Assembly (NCBI GenBank): GCA_040182905.1
Contig: JARQWU010000028.1
Span: 1-64,000 of the forward strand
DNA from: Barthelona sp. PAP020
Lineage: Eukaryota
Reading direction: 5' to 3'
Length of the DNA stretch: 64,000 nucleotides
The notes beneath the pieces were generated by a model that had not been told where the DNA came from, searched no databases, and saw only the letters and a list, made by a program, of their open reading frames with translations. The position numbers were made by a program, and so were the translations under genes. Position 1 is the first letter of the stretch. Every line of letters starts with the position of its first letter. Shown one piece after another: positions 32,601 through 41,765 of this stretch.

Positions 32601-34188
32601 CGTTATTTCAGCTGAATTGTATTATCCTAAAATTGTTTCAAAGTTGAACCAGCAAGAAAATATTTTTTGCCACAAAAAATCGCTCAACAGTAAGTTTATC
32701 AAGTTGTACGATCTTTCGTTTTTGGAAAATGAATATGTTCGGGAAGTGAATGACGATGACGACAATCAACAAGATATTGATGATACAGATTATGCAAAAA
32801 GAAGAGAAATTATTGAATTTCAAATGAAAGCTATTCATCGAGAACTCAAAGTTTTAATAAAAAATAGGTCTAAGAACATTGTGTCTCTAAATCGCATTGT
32901 TTTTGTTGTTGAAAAAGGCTCAAAAGTTGTAGCGCTTGCACTTGAGCTTGAAAAGGCTCCTATGGATCTAGAGCAGTATCTTTCCAGCTACAATCCTGAT
33001 AGAGCAATTTTACTTTGGATATTTGAACAATTATGTGCTGGGCTTCTCCAATTACACAGTCGTGGTATTGTTTGGAGGGATGCTAAGCCACAGAATGTGT
33101 TAGTATGGATTGATGACGAAGGTCAAGTGACAAGAGTAGCTCTGTGTGATTTTGGGACAGCATATCAAACTGAAGGTACAATATCTAATAGAACTACGGT
33201 TCAAGGCTCTCCTCTTTACATGGATCTAGCCGCAATAAGAAGCAGAAATGTTTATCCATCAATGGACATATTCTCCTTTGGAATGATTCTTGTTCGCATG
33301 TTTTTTTCTAATATTTTGGAAGAAGACATCTTTAAAATTCAAAACCACTTTGAAAATGCAGGGGATACAGATGAGTTATATGAAATCATACTCCAATGCA
33401 TCACCTTTAACATCGAGCAACGTATCACTTTGAATCAATTACAACGAAAGATCTACGATTTGTACAAATCAACCACTCAGGAAAGATGTTCAAGTTATAT
33501 TAGGGGTGTTCTTGAAAGCTTCATCTTTAATTTAGATCTTGGTGAACCATTGATTATTGAGCAAAGTTTAAATGAGGAATTCAGTTCCTTCTTTCAACGT
33601 TGCTTTACCATTGATAATGTGCCAAATAACATTAAGTTCAAAATTAGAGGTCTTTCTGAACCAGTAACTCTCCTTTCTTTCATTGATTGGCTCATTGATA
33701 ATCCTACTAGTTTCAACTTTGTTGGTGAAGCAACTGAAGGCTCGTTCAAACTTGACGATGACTTGGAAGAATCAACCCTACGTTCACTGAGTCATTTCAT
33801 TCTCCATTGCCTCATACATCGGGTCCAAATACCAATCAGCCTTCTTGGACCGACCCCATTTGGTCTCATTTCAACCAACTCTTTGACCATGTTTGATGGT
33901 ATTGATCGTGATTTATGTCTCAAGATATTCCCATCATTGAAACCCTTTGTATACCAATTTTACTCAAACGACCTTGCTAACTTTAACTTTAAAGTACTTG
34001 GTCTTGAACCTAAATCCGTCAATCGAGACAACTTTGATGAGTTCATTAATCTTTCTATCAGCAATTATGTGTCGAAGTATCAATCCGCGGCTAAAACAAT
34101 GAGAGACGCGTTTTTGGAGTTCTCTTTGTTAGCCAAGGATTTGGCAATATGTACTTTTGAGGATTTGATCGGCTTATGTGTTGTGTAA
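29686..34188 (+). CDS. Multidomain protein: WD40 propeller, two 'NGGN' modules, helical/coiled-coil region, Ser/Thr kinase, HECT N-lobe-like tail
   Basis: 1500-aa ORF. WD repeats at aa ~35-325. Kinase motifs WRDAKPQN, DFG, GSPLYM and DIFSFG. The tail resembles a HECT N-lobe. Confidence 0.85.
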   Translation: MSADSTNELIEKTIRDIVPIKMREYEEKEKQTIKGIPGGRMFNSGYSLDGRYLVIGSERENSNLKVHVINMEESKLETTKINEIKNSGYVSGISFSQDGQMLALGSEDKSIVIYSLQDFKKLFTFNNDYPVYGISFSPCFNYIYSGDRNGSVKKWDIRNGSVVLQQKVHTSWIWRIKASSDGSFLSTTSNDNTAKLINAEDFSVVRNLEHGGCVRTIDFHRTKKIIASGDGLKQAKIWNMDNGSLIHTLEMGGEVFCLKFLTASMLFIMSGDGYITSYNVDTFEEIQKVKCSCPSNHFSFAISPDMKQLACGKCSNAVKLFEIFFDESNLVESLKPYTTELVKLSEAKGNVLNHLIEKYDLSPTDSFFIDLLSSGICLSEEEAQEFIEVDFDIMVKNVNSGGNMLEFISLQRFFEYYRLQPQEAELLVSKHLKLLMKRQSTNDMLLLTKMYPKHVESLLETHEGKPFINKLVVNSKNTQNVISSIMESSNRMEVWDVILLLINYGLWISSTEYNLIKDMLEEGTCFTNFKNGGNIRQIQFPHFHSAFDFEGFSFSKLINLSPIDHSEELKNLFNFFANRGYLAPKNSGKGLSAFLEAYPTLTEPLFEKIVPHLSEIARITFLELLPKNIIFEYPAIVKPFSQKIEMICDLNEVIKQQNFLIGNLSTQLDRVTSFVASFAEKDNTVQKLKTQLEITLSWAKKLVKITIEESVEPLKSFKAEQLSNMLAMAIHSYEKFYKSESKTLLDSSINEEIKELTKKTKNSIDLIRDTLIPRINKVLEINPLEFIGLPKDFVSFKEELHNYIELTLESSPVAQLFRLGIDALEEKILTKIEPYYDSYMCLYCKNTFPYSHFVKELKEHLHRIERFSDAIFEAQILQPLIQEKQEKLMDAYSDLQRTKNIDKKNGTEKKLIKAYNMAQNELEYVYEEVLIIRDFIPDHLGQALMNCIQDPELIAVLCQIFGMREIPSKLVNVISAELYYPKIVSKLNQQENIFCHKKSLNSKFIKLYDLSFLENEYVREVNDDDDNQQDIDDTDYAKRREIIEFQMKAIHRELKVLIKNRSKNIVSLNRIVFVVEKGSKVVALALELEKAPMDLEQYLSSYNPDRAILLWIFEQLCAGLLQLHSRGIVWRDAKPQNVLVWIDDEGQVTRVALCDFGTAYQTEGTISNRTTVQGSPLYMDLAAIRSRNVYPSMDIFSFGMILVRMFFSNILEEDIFKIQNHFENAGDTDELYEIILQCITFNIEQRITLNQLQRKIYDLYKSTTQERCSSYIRGVLESFIFNLDLGEPLIIEQSLNEEFSSFFQRCFTIDNVPNNIKFKIRGLSEPVTLLSFIDWLIDNPTSFNFVGEATEGSFKLDDDLEESTLRSLSHFILHCLIHRVQIPISLLGPTPFGLISTNSLTMFDGIDRDLCLKIFPSLKPFVYQFYSNDLANFNFKVLGLEPKSVNRDNFDEFINLSISNYVSKYQSAAKTMRDAFLEFSLLAKDLAICTFEDLIGLCVV

Positions 34189-35000
34189 ATGTATTTTTGT
34201 TTGAGTTTTTAAATGGAAAAGAAGACTCAAGAAAAAACTAACGGTTCTGCTAATACTCCTTCAATGGGTAAAGATAATATTGTTGAAGAAATTGAAGAAC
34301 CTGTTGAAGAGTTACAAACAGGCAAAGTTGAAGGACAGCTACACAAAATTTACCTTTTTTCTTTCACCATTTCCTTTTCCTACAGAATCAGTCAGACAAC
34401 TCTATAATCAAAAAGAAGTGAAAAAAAAAGAAAATATCTGCCATTTTCATACACCATTTACCAAAATTCAAAAGCGCAAAATAGTTCACTATTATTCCAC
34501 TATGTTAAAGAGTTAAAGCAATTCAGCCAATATTAAACAGCCTGTTTACTTATTCTTTATCAAAAAAAATAAAATGAGGGCTGTTCACAAGCCTATTATT
34601 TTTGGCGAATCGAAATTTTCGGATTCTTCCTTTTTCCCTCGAGGTACGGAACTTTTCCTTAACCTACCCTCAAATTTTTTTGTAAAATCAGTACTGCAAT
34701 ATTTTCACAAATCACACAGGACACTTAGATCCGCTGAATAATCTATGAAATGAAAGGGTCACGACTCAGAACTCCTAAAAGGAACACATAACCCCTGGTA
34801 TTAGCAATAGATGTTCAGCAATTGCTCATAAAATATCTTTACTTTTCCCAACACACAATGTTTGCTCACTTGACTGTAAAAATGCCTTCAATTCAATCAA
34901 CATAGCTAAGTGTATCACAAATGATCCTGTTTTTCACCAATACTCTAAGTATTTCAAATTTCTCTACAATGGTGGAATCTCAGCCCAGTATGATAACTTA

Positions 35001-38000
35001 TCATAGAACATGACAAGTGGCGTTGCTCAAGGTAGAGCGACCATCTTCATCACATTGATTGGCATCAACCCTATGATCCAACAGCATTTTGGCAATATCA
35101 AGATGACCTTTTTGACGACTAATATACAATGGAGAGCGACCAAATTTATCACATTGATTAGCATCAACCCCATAATCCTCTAAGAGCATTTTGGCAACAT
35201 CAAGATGACGATTTTGACAACTAATATACAACGGAGAGCGACCATATTTATTACATTGATTAACATCAGCCCCATAATCCTCTAAGAGCATTTTGGCAAC
35301 ATCAAGATGACCGTTTTGACAACTAATGAACAATGGAGAAGCGCCATTATTCTTACACAAATTAACATCAGTACCATGATCTAAGAGCATTTTAACAAAA
35401 TCAAGATGACCTTTTTCACAACTGACATGCAATGGAGAGTAACCATGGTTATCACATTGATTAGCATCAACCCCATAATCCTCTAAGAGCATTTTGGCAA
35501 CATCAAGATGACGATTTTGACAACTAATATACAACGGAGAAGCGCCATTATTGCACAAATTAACATCAGCACCATGATCTAAGAGCATTTTAACAAAATC
35601 AAGATGACCTTTTTCACAACTGACATGCAATGGAGAGTGACCATCTTTATCACATTGATTAGCATCAACCCTATAATCCTCTAAGAGCATTTTGGCAACA
35701 TCAAGATGATCGTTTTGACAACTAACCAACAATGGAGACCAACCATCTTCAGCACATTGATTGGCATCAACCCCATGATCCTCCAAGAGCATTTTGGCAA
35801 CATCAAGACGACCTTGAAGACAACTAATATACAATGGAGAACGACCATCTTTAGTACATTGATTGGCATCAACCCCATGATCTTCCAAGAGCATTTTGGC
35901 AACATCAAGACGACCTTCTTGACAACTAACATACAATGGAGAGCGACCATCTTTAGCACATTGATTGGCATCAACCCCATGATCCAAGAGCATTTTGGCA
36001 ACATCAACATGACCTTCTTGACAACTAACATACAATGGAGAGCGACCATATTTATCACGTTGATTGGCATCAACCCCATGATCCAAGAGCATTTTAGCAA
36101 CATCAAGATGACCGATTTGACAACTAATGAACAATGGAGAAGCATCATAATATCTTTCACATTGATTGGCATCACTCCCATAATCCTCTAAGAGCATTTT
36201 AACAACATCAAGATGACCCTTTTGACAACTAATATACAACGGAGAGCGACCATGGTTATCACATTGATTAGCATCAACCCCATAATCCTCCAAGAGCATT
36301 TTGGCAACACCAAGATGACCATTTTGACAACTAATATACAACGGAGAAGTCCCATTACTCTCACACAAATTAACATCAGCACCATGATCTAAGAGCATTT
36401 TAACAACATCAATATGACCTTTTTCACAACTAACATGCAATGGAGAAGCACCACCATATTTATTACATTGATTAACATCAACCCCATAATCCTCTAAGAG
36501 CATTTTGGCAACATCAAGATGACCTTTTTCACAACTAACATGCAATGGAGAGCGACCATCTTTATCACATCGATTAGCATCAGCTCCATGATCCAAGAGC
36601 ATTTTGGCAAAATGAAGATGACCTTCTTGACAACTAATATACAATGGAGAGCGATCATATTTATCACGTTGATTGGCATCAACTCTATGATCTTCTAAGA
36701 GCATTTTGGCAACATCAAGATGACCGTTTTGACAACTAACATACAATGGAGACCAACCATATTTATCACATTGATTGGCATCAACTCTATGATCTTCTAA
36801 GAGCATTTTGGCAACATCAAGATGACCGTTTTGACAACTAACATACAATGGAGACCAACCATATTTGTCACATTGATTGGCATCAACTCTATGATCCTCT
36901 AAGAGCATCATTACAATATCAAAATAACCCTTAAAACAACTGATATACAACGGTGAAACCCCATTGATCTTGCATTTGTTGACATCAGCTCCTTTGTCTA
37001 AAAGCATTCTAACCACATCCCTATGCCCATTTTCACAGGCAGTAAACAATGAAGAAGCCCCAGTATTCTTACAAAAATTGATGTCAACCTCAAAATCAAA
37101 CAAAGTTTCAACAATATCACTGTGCCCACAAGAAGAAGCCTCCCAAAGAACGGTTTCACCCTCATTTCCAGCCTTTATCCATTGTTTAACAATTTCCAAT
37201 TTTCCATCACGCACACTATGATATATCGTATCTGTGTTGCAATATTCTGAAAAATTATCTGGAATAAAAACCTCATAAAATCTATATTTCACATAAGAAT
37301 CACAAATAGCCGACTCAAGTTTTTTCTTTTCTTCCTCGCTATTTTCATCCAAATTATGTTTCTTAAAATAATCACAAACAAGGAGAAAAATACATTTTTT
37401 CAAGTCAGCAATCAACCCATCGAGATACTCAACTATTTCTGAAAACATTGGTCTATTTTCGGGATCACGATTAAAACACTGAGACATAAAATTATATCCA
37501 ATGGCCGATTCTAATTCTTCATGTTTAAAAGGCAAATCACCCTTATATAACTTTAGAGGAATTGTATGATCAGGAATTCCTTCAAAAGGCTTGAACATTG
37601 TCATCACTTCAAAGTAAGTTGTTGCAAATGCCCAGCAATCAATACCAGGATGAGCAAAAATATCATTGGCTATCAATTCAGGTGGCATGTAACAAGTGGT
37701 TCCAGCTTTAGACATCCTACTGTTTCTTTCAAAACAACGAACAAGACCAAAATCGCACAGAGCAGTTGTTCCATTCTCTCTGATCAAAACATTCTTTGGA
37801 TTGATATCTCGATGAATCACACCTTTGCTATGACAAAACTCAAGTGCAGAAGCCAGTTGGGACATACTGATCAATTTCTCAACAACAGTCATTTCATGCA
37901 TTCTTCTACTTAGTGTGTATGGGCAATACTCCATCACAAAACCCTTTTGAATTGTACCATCGACTTCCTTAGATGTCATACCATACACTTTACATATAAA

Positions 38001-38843
38001 TTGATGAAGAAATGTTGCAGCAATACATTCATCTTTAACTTTCTCTTGAGATGAATCATATATGAACTTAATAGCAACATCAGCATGTTGATAGATTCCC
38101 TTGCTAACTGTACCAAAACTACCTGATCCTAAGTTTGTTTGAATATCTAATAGTTCATAATCGATAATGGGCACGTCAAACGTAGAATTTGAACGCATAT
38201 TTTCAACTTCATTGACTTTAAGTTGTACCTCTTTCATCTTATTCTTTCGTTTTAAAGGATCCATTTTTGTTATTTCATTCATTTGTAGATTTTCCTTTGA
38301 TTGCAGAATTTTTTCCATCTTATCAGTGTGTTCTTTTATTGTGTCAGAAATGTCATCATATAGTGCTGAAATTGTGATTGGTTTTCTCTTTGAAACCTTG
38401 TTCAAATTCTCCCTTAAATCATCAAGATTGTTGTGCAAAGAAATTAAATTCTCCAATTCCTCACTTTTAACCGCATTTGTATAAAACAAATTGGAATGTA
38501 CTCGATTCTTAATTAACTTTCTAGCTTTCCTACATAATTCCAAAAAATGATCCATATATTCTTGAATGTTATCATTTCTCCAATTTTGTGTCAATATTTC
38601 TTCAAAACTGCCCAAAAACCAAAGCATTCTAAAATATAAAATAAAAGAATCTTCTCCCACTTTTCTTATATTAATAAATCCATTTCTAAGCTCTTTTGCA
38701 ATAGGTAAAATCGATAAATTATATTCAGAAAGAGACATAAAGATTAAATCAAAATCTACCACTTCAATGAACCTTTGAAAGTCTCCAAAATCGTCGAAAG
38801 TATTTAAAAGTGACTCTTGATAGTCTTTTAGAGCATTTGACAT
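35001..38843 (-). CDS. Helical N-terminus, TKL-like protein kinase and ~22 ankyrin repeats
   Basis: GSGSFG, VAIK, HRDINPKN, DFG, GTTCYMPPE, then tandem SPL..SC..GHLDVAKMLL units. First ATG at 38843. Confidence 0.9.
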   Translation of the reverse strand: MSNALKDYQESLLNTFDDFGDFQRFIEVVDFDLIFMSLSEYNLSILPIAKELRNGFINIRKVGEDSFILYFRMLWFLGSFEEILTQNWRNDNIQEYMDHFLELCRKARKLIKNRVHSNLFYTNAVKSEELENLISLHNNLDDLRENLNKVSKRKPITISALYDDISDTIKEHTDKMEKILQSKENLQMNEITKMDPLKRKNKMKEVQLKVNEVENMRSNSTFDVPIIDYELLDIQTNLGSGSFGTVSKGIYQHADVAIKFIYDSSQEKVKDECIAATFLHQFICKVYGMTSKEVDGTIQKGFVMEYCPYTLSRRMHEMTVVEKLISMSQLASALEFCHSKGVIHRDINPKNVLIRENGTTALCDFGLVRCFERNSRMSKAGTTCYMPPELIANDIFAHPGIDCWAFATTYFEVMTMFKPFEGIPDHTIPLKLYKGDLPFKHEELESAIGYNFMSQCFNRDPENRPMFSEIVEYLDGLIADLKKCIFLLVCDYFKKHNLDENSEEEKKKLESAICDSYVKYRFYEVFIPDNFSEYCNTDTIYHSVRDGKLEIVKQWIKAGNEGETVLWEASSCGHSDIVETLFDFEVDINFCKNTGASSLFTACENGHRDVVRMLLDKGADVNKCKINGVSPLYISCFKGYFDIVMMLLEDHRVDANQCDKYGWSPLYVSCQNGHLDVAKMLLEDHRVDANQCDKYGWSPLYVSCQNGHLDVAKMLLEDHRVDANQRDKYDRSPLYISCQEGHLHFAKMLLDHGADANRCDKDGRSPLHVSCEKGHLDVAKMLLEDYGVDVNQCNKYGGASPLHVSCEKGHIDVVKMLLDHGADVNLCESNGTSPLYISCQNGHLGVAKMLLEDYGVDANQCDNHGRSPLYISCQKGHLDVVKMLLEDYGSDANQCERYYDASPLFISCQIGHLDVAKMLLDHGVDANQRDKYGRSPLYVSCQEGHVDVAKMLLDHGVDANQCAKDGRSPLYVSCQEGRLDVAKMLLEDHGVDANQCTKDGRSPLYISCLQGRLDVAKMLLEDHGVDANQCAEDGWSPLLVSCQNDHLDVAKMLLEDYRVDANQCDKDGHSPLHVSCEKGHLDFVKMLLDHGADVNLCNNGASPLYISCQNRHLDVAKMLLEDYGVDANQCDNHGYSPLHVSCEKGHLDFVKMLLDHGTDVNLCKNNGASPLFISCQNGHLDVAKMLLEDYGADVNQCNKYGRSPLYISCQNRHLDVAKMLLEDYGVDANQCDKFGRSPLYISRQKGHLDIAKMLLDHRVDANQCDEDGRSTLSNATCHVL
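35030..37080 (-). repeat. Coding tandem array of 99/102-bp ankyrin units with high DNA identity
   Basis: AAGAGCATTTTGGCAACATCAAGATGACC recurs at ~99-102-bp spacing. Confidence 0.95.
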
Positions 38844-40109
38844 CAATAATGATGAAAAAAATTGATTTTCCTTTTGTTTATTCAATCAATTTTTTCATTT
38901 TCAAACCAACTAAACAACAAATTTTTTTCTCTTTTTATAATCATTTGACTTATTTTTTATTCAACCCAATAACATCCTGAAATAATAAATAAATAAAGGA
39001 AAAATAAATTTTGCAAAGAACAATGTGTGCAAATATATTATTGAAAGAGAATTTGGAACTCCATTTTCACAAATCAAGGATTGCTGAAATAATCTCAAAA
39101 TAAAGGGTGCAAACAGATGAATTAAGGAAAGAAAAAAATGTTTCAGCAGCAGTCAATGAACTTGCTGAAGTTGAATTGAAAGAATTAGAATATTGTTTTG
39201 TAGAAAACAGACTGCTGATATAACGTTTGTTAAATCATTGAAAAGGCTAGACAACTTCTCAACCATTCTTTGACAATACTTTCAAGCCAAATAACAGAAC
39301 AACAATGGTCATTGTTAGTTGCTTCTTTTGATCCAAAACATCTTGCCAAAATATCAAAGATCAGCATTATATCTAAAAAAAAAGACAATAGAAGAGTAGA
39401 AACTCACAATGTCTTTTCCCAAACAAAGAAAAGGAAAAGAAACCATTTTTAAAAGCGACACAAGTCATGTCACGAATAATGATGGATAAAAGTTCAGGCA
39501 AAAAGATAATTTCAACGAAATCTATCAATCAAATGCTTTGGAATTCAGAAACACAGAAAGTGGATTCTTTGCAACAGCAGATAGCCCAGCTCAAACCCGT
39601 TTTAGTAAAGCTTATGAGTCTTACTAAAGGGGTACCGCGTTACAGGGCGGTACTACAATGAAAAAGAAGAAACACCCGACAAGGGTTGGTTGACAACAAT
39701 TTTTATTTCATAAAGAGTGAGCAAAAGAGCTCTTAACAGGGATAGAATTCAAGGAGGCCAAGAAAAAAGATGTAAAAGGTATTTCCTTTGTACAAAAGCG
39801 GTCTCCACTCTCACAATAACCTTTTGGTGTGTAAATTCCTCAAAGTAAGAGGAGGCAAAAAGTGCAATTTCGGTGACACTGTTGTTCCTCTGGTGTTTTC
39901 AGAGACTGGTCTCTTTTCACAGGCAGTCTCAACTTTCTCCAACATGTGTGTCTACAAAGAGTCTCTCCACACGTCAAGCACACGCTTTGGCCTCGCATCA
40001 GGTACAGACTGGCTGGACTTCTCGCAGAGTTCTAGGCCCTACTACAGGCAACAAAGTAACAATGTTCAGCATTTTAATCGTAAATAGGTATAAATAGTCC
40101 TAGTAGTAT

Positions 40110-40247
40110 GTCCACAATTTTTGAACACATCCACTCCATGATCCAACAGCGCTTGGACAATTTCAAGATAACCAGTAGAGAAATCCCATTCTTTTTGCAC
40201 AAATTAACATCAGCGCCATTATCCAAAAGCATTTTGGCAACATCAAT
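40110..40247 (-). pseudogene. Orphan, frameshifted fragment of the same ankyrin repeat family
   Basis: Minus strand reads IDVAKMLLDNGADVNLCKKNGISL, then after a deletion/frameshift GYLEIVQALLDHGVDV. Confidence 0.8.
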
Positions 40248-40256
40248 AAAAATGAA

Positions 40257-41765
40257 CTAATCATCATCTTCCTCATCATCAGTGTCATCAACATCCATTA
40301 ATTCTGCTACATTTCCACCATTCGATTTATTAATATCCATAAGATCAAAACAAGATTCAAGTACCAAAGGAGCTTCCTCTTTATTCATTATCAAACCTCT
40401 ACTAACCAAGATTCGAAGATTCTTTGAAGATATTCTGAAGCACTTTCCCATTAGATTTGATACAATTCCTCCATGATTGTCCTTAGCAAAGCCAACAAAT
40501 GAATCGACCAATTCATCAAAGTTCTCTTCAATAAGTGAAAAAATACGATGCAAATTCCCTTGAACATTTTCAAATTCAATAACCCTCACATCAACATCAT
40601 TCATGGATTTAGCATTTGCAGAATCAGCATTTCCACCAATCAACAGCTTATTTGAAGACAAAGAACAAAACAAAGGAACTCCAATATTATCAATGGTAAT
40701 GAAATCTTCTAGCGTCTCTGAATTAATCACTTTAATACTGCAATCTGAATATTCATTAGTTCCTATCAGAAAATTCGTGGCACAAATTCCAAAATTCTCA
40801 GTATCAATAACAAAGCAATCAGTAATTAAAAAATTCATCATACGTTCTTTGATCAATTGACCAGTTTGAATACTATATTTGCACATTCTATTGTCCTCAA
40901 AACAAATGAATAATTCTTCATCGTTAAATAAAAATACTGTGACAACAATTGTATCGTCTTCCAATTGAAATATTCGCTCCAATGTTTCAACATCAAAAAC
41001 AACAACATCAAGTTGTTCATTAAAATAACAAATCAATCTTTTCGAAGGTGAGACACTATATCTTTCCATCGGATATAAAGACAAAAAACTACTTTCTTGA
41101 ATGGAAACTCCATCATTTATCCGACATTTTTGAATATGTCCAGTGGTTGGAATACAAATGAAATACTCCAGAGAATCAACAAAAATGCCAAGAAACATGG
41201 AACTGTATGTATCTATTAAAGACCAATCCGAAGTGTCATATAATAATGACTGTTGAAAACTGCCACACAAGAACAATTTCGAATCATCATGCGAAAATGA
41301 TGCAGAACGAAATATACCAGGAATTATTGTAATTAAGGAATAGTTAAAAGCATCCCAAATATATGTGTTTTCAGCAGAAATAGCACAAGTAATCATATAT
41401 TTTTCACTTGGTGAAATTAAAACCATTCCAATTAAACCACCACCATTATGTTTACCAATACATGTAATAGTTTCTTTTGATATATTTCTAAACTGATCAA
41501 TCAAAGTTAACTTTTGAATTTCATTATCATGATTATAAAATTGAAAAAAATATGAAAACAGATCAAATTCCTTCTGTTTAATTAAATGATCCAAAAAAAA
41601 ATCATAAAGATGATTCAATTCTTTGTAAAAAGCAATATAATTTTCATTAACGGATGAATTTTCTGTTTGTCCACCTAGACAACATTTATTCATCCTTTTA
41701 ATTTCTTCATTTGTTAATGTAGTCTTTAACAAATTGAATTGTTCCAAAAACTCCGATCTTTTCAT
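40257..41765 (-). CDS. WD40/beta-propeller protein with C-terminal 'NGGN' module and acidic tail
   Basis: Degenerate WD repeats (LISPSEKYMITC..YIWD; SASFSHDDSKLF). C-terminus ...LVSRGLIMNKEE...CFDLMDINKSNGGNV. First ATG at 41765. Confidence 0.75.
   Translation of the reverse strand: MKRSEFLEQFNLLKTTLTNEEIKRMNKCCLGGQTENSSVNENYIAFYKELNHLYDFFLDHLIKQKEFDLFSYFFQFYNHDNEIQKLTLIDQFRNISKETITCIGKHNGGGLIGMVLISPSEKYMITCAISAENTYIWDAFNYSLITIIPGIFRSASFSHDDSKLFLCGSFQQSLLYDTSDWSLIDTYSSMFLGIFVDSLEYFICIPTTGHIQKCRINDGVSIQESSFLSLYPMERYSVSPSKRLICYFNEQLDVVVFDVETLERIFQLEDDTIVVTVFLFNDEELFICFEDNRMCKYSIQTGQLIKERMMNFLITDCFVIDTENFGICATNFLIGTNEYSDCSIKVINSETLEDFITIDNIGVPLFCSLSSNKLLIGGNADSANAKSMNDVDVRVIEFENVQGNLHRIFSLIEENFDELVDSFVGFAKDNHGGIVSNLMGKCFRISSKNLRILVSRGLIMNKEEAPLVLESCFDLMDINKSNGGNVAELMDVDDTDDEEDDD

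Noticed and set aside
34213..34407. 64-aa ORF just after the kinase-HECT gene, as a possible missing HECT C-lobe exon
   Set aside because: No HECT C-lobe motif (no PxxHTC) and no GTATAT...ACTAA intron linking it.
28943..39660. In-frame TAA/TAG/TGA in protein-like intergenic stretches, suggesting stop-codon reassignment
   Set aside because: All conserved genes are uninterrupted in the standard code, and TAA, TAG and TGA are all used as true stops. These stretches are better explained as decayed sequence.
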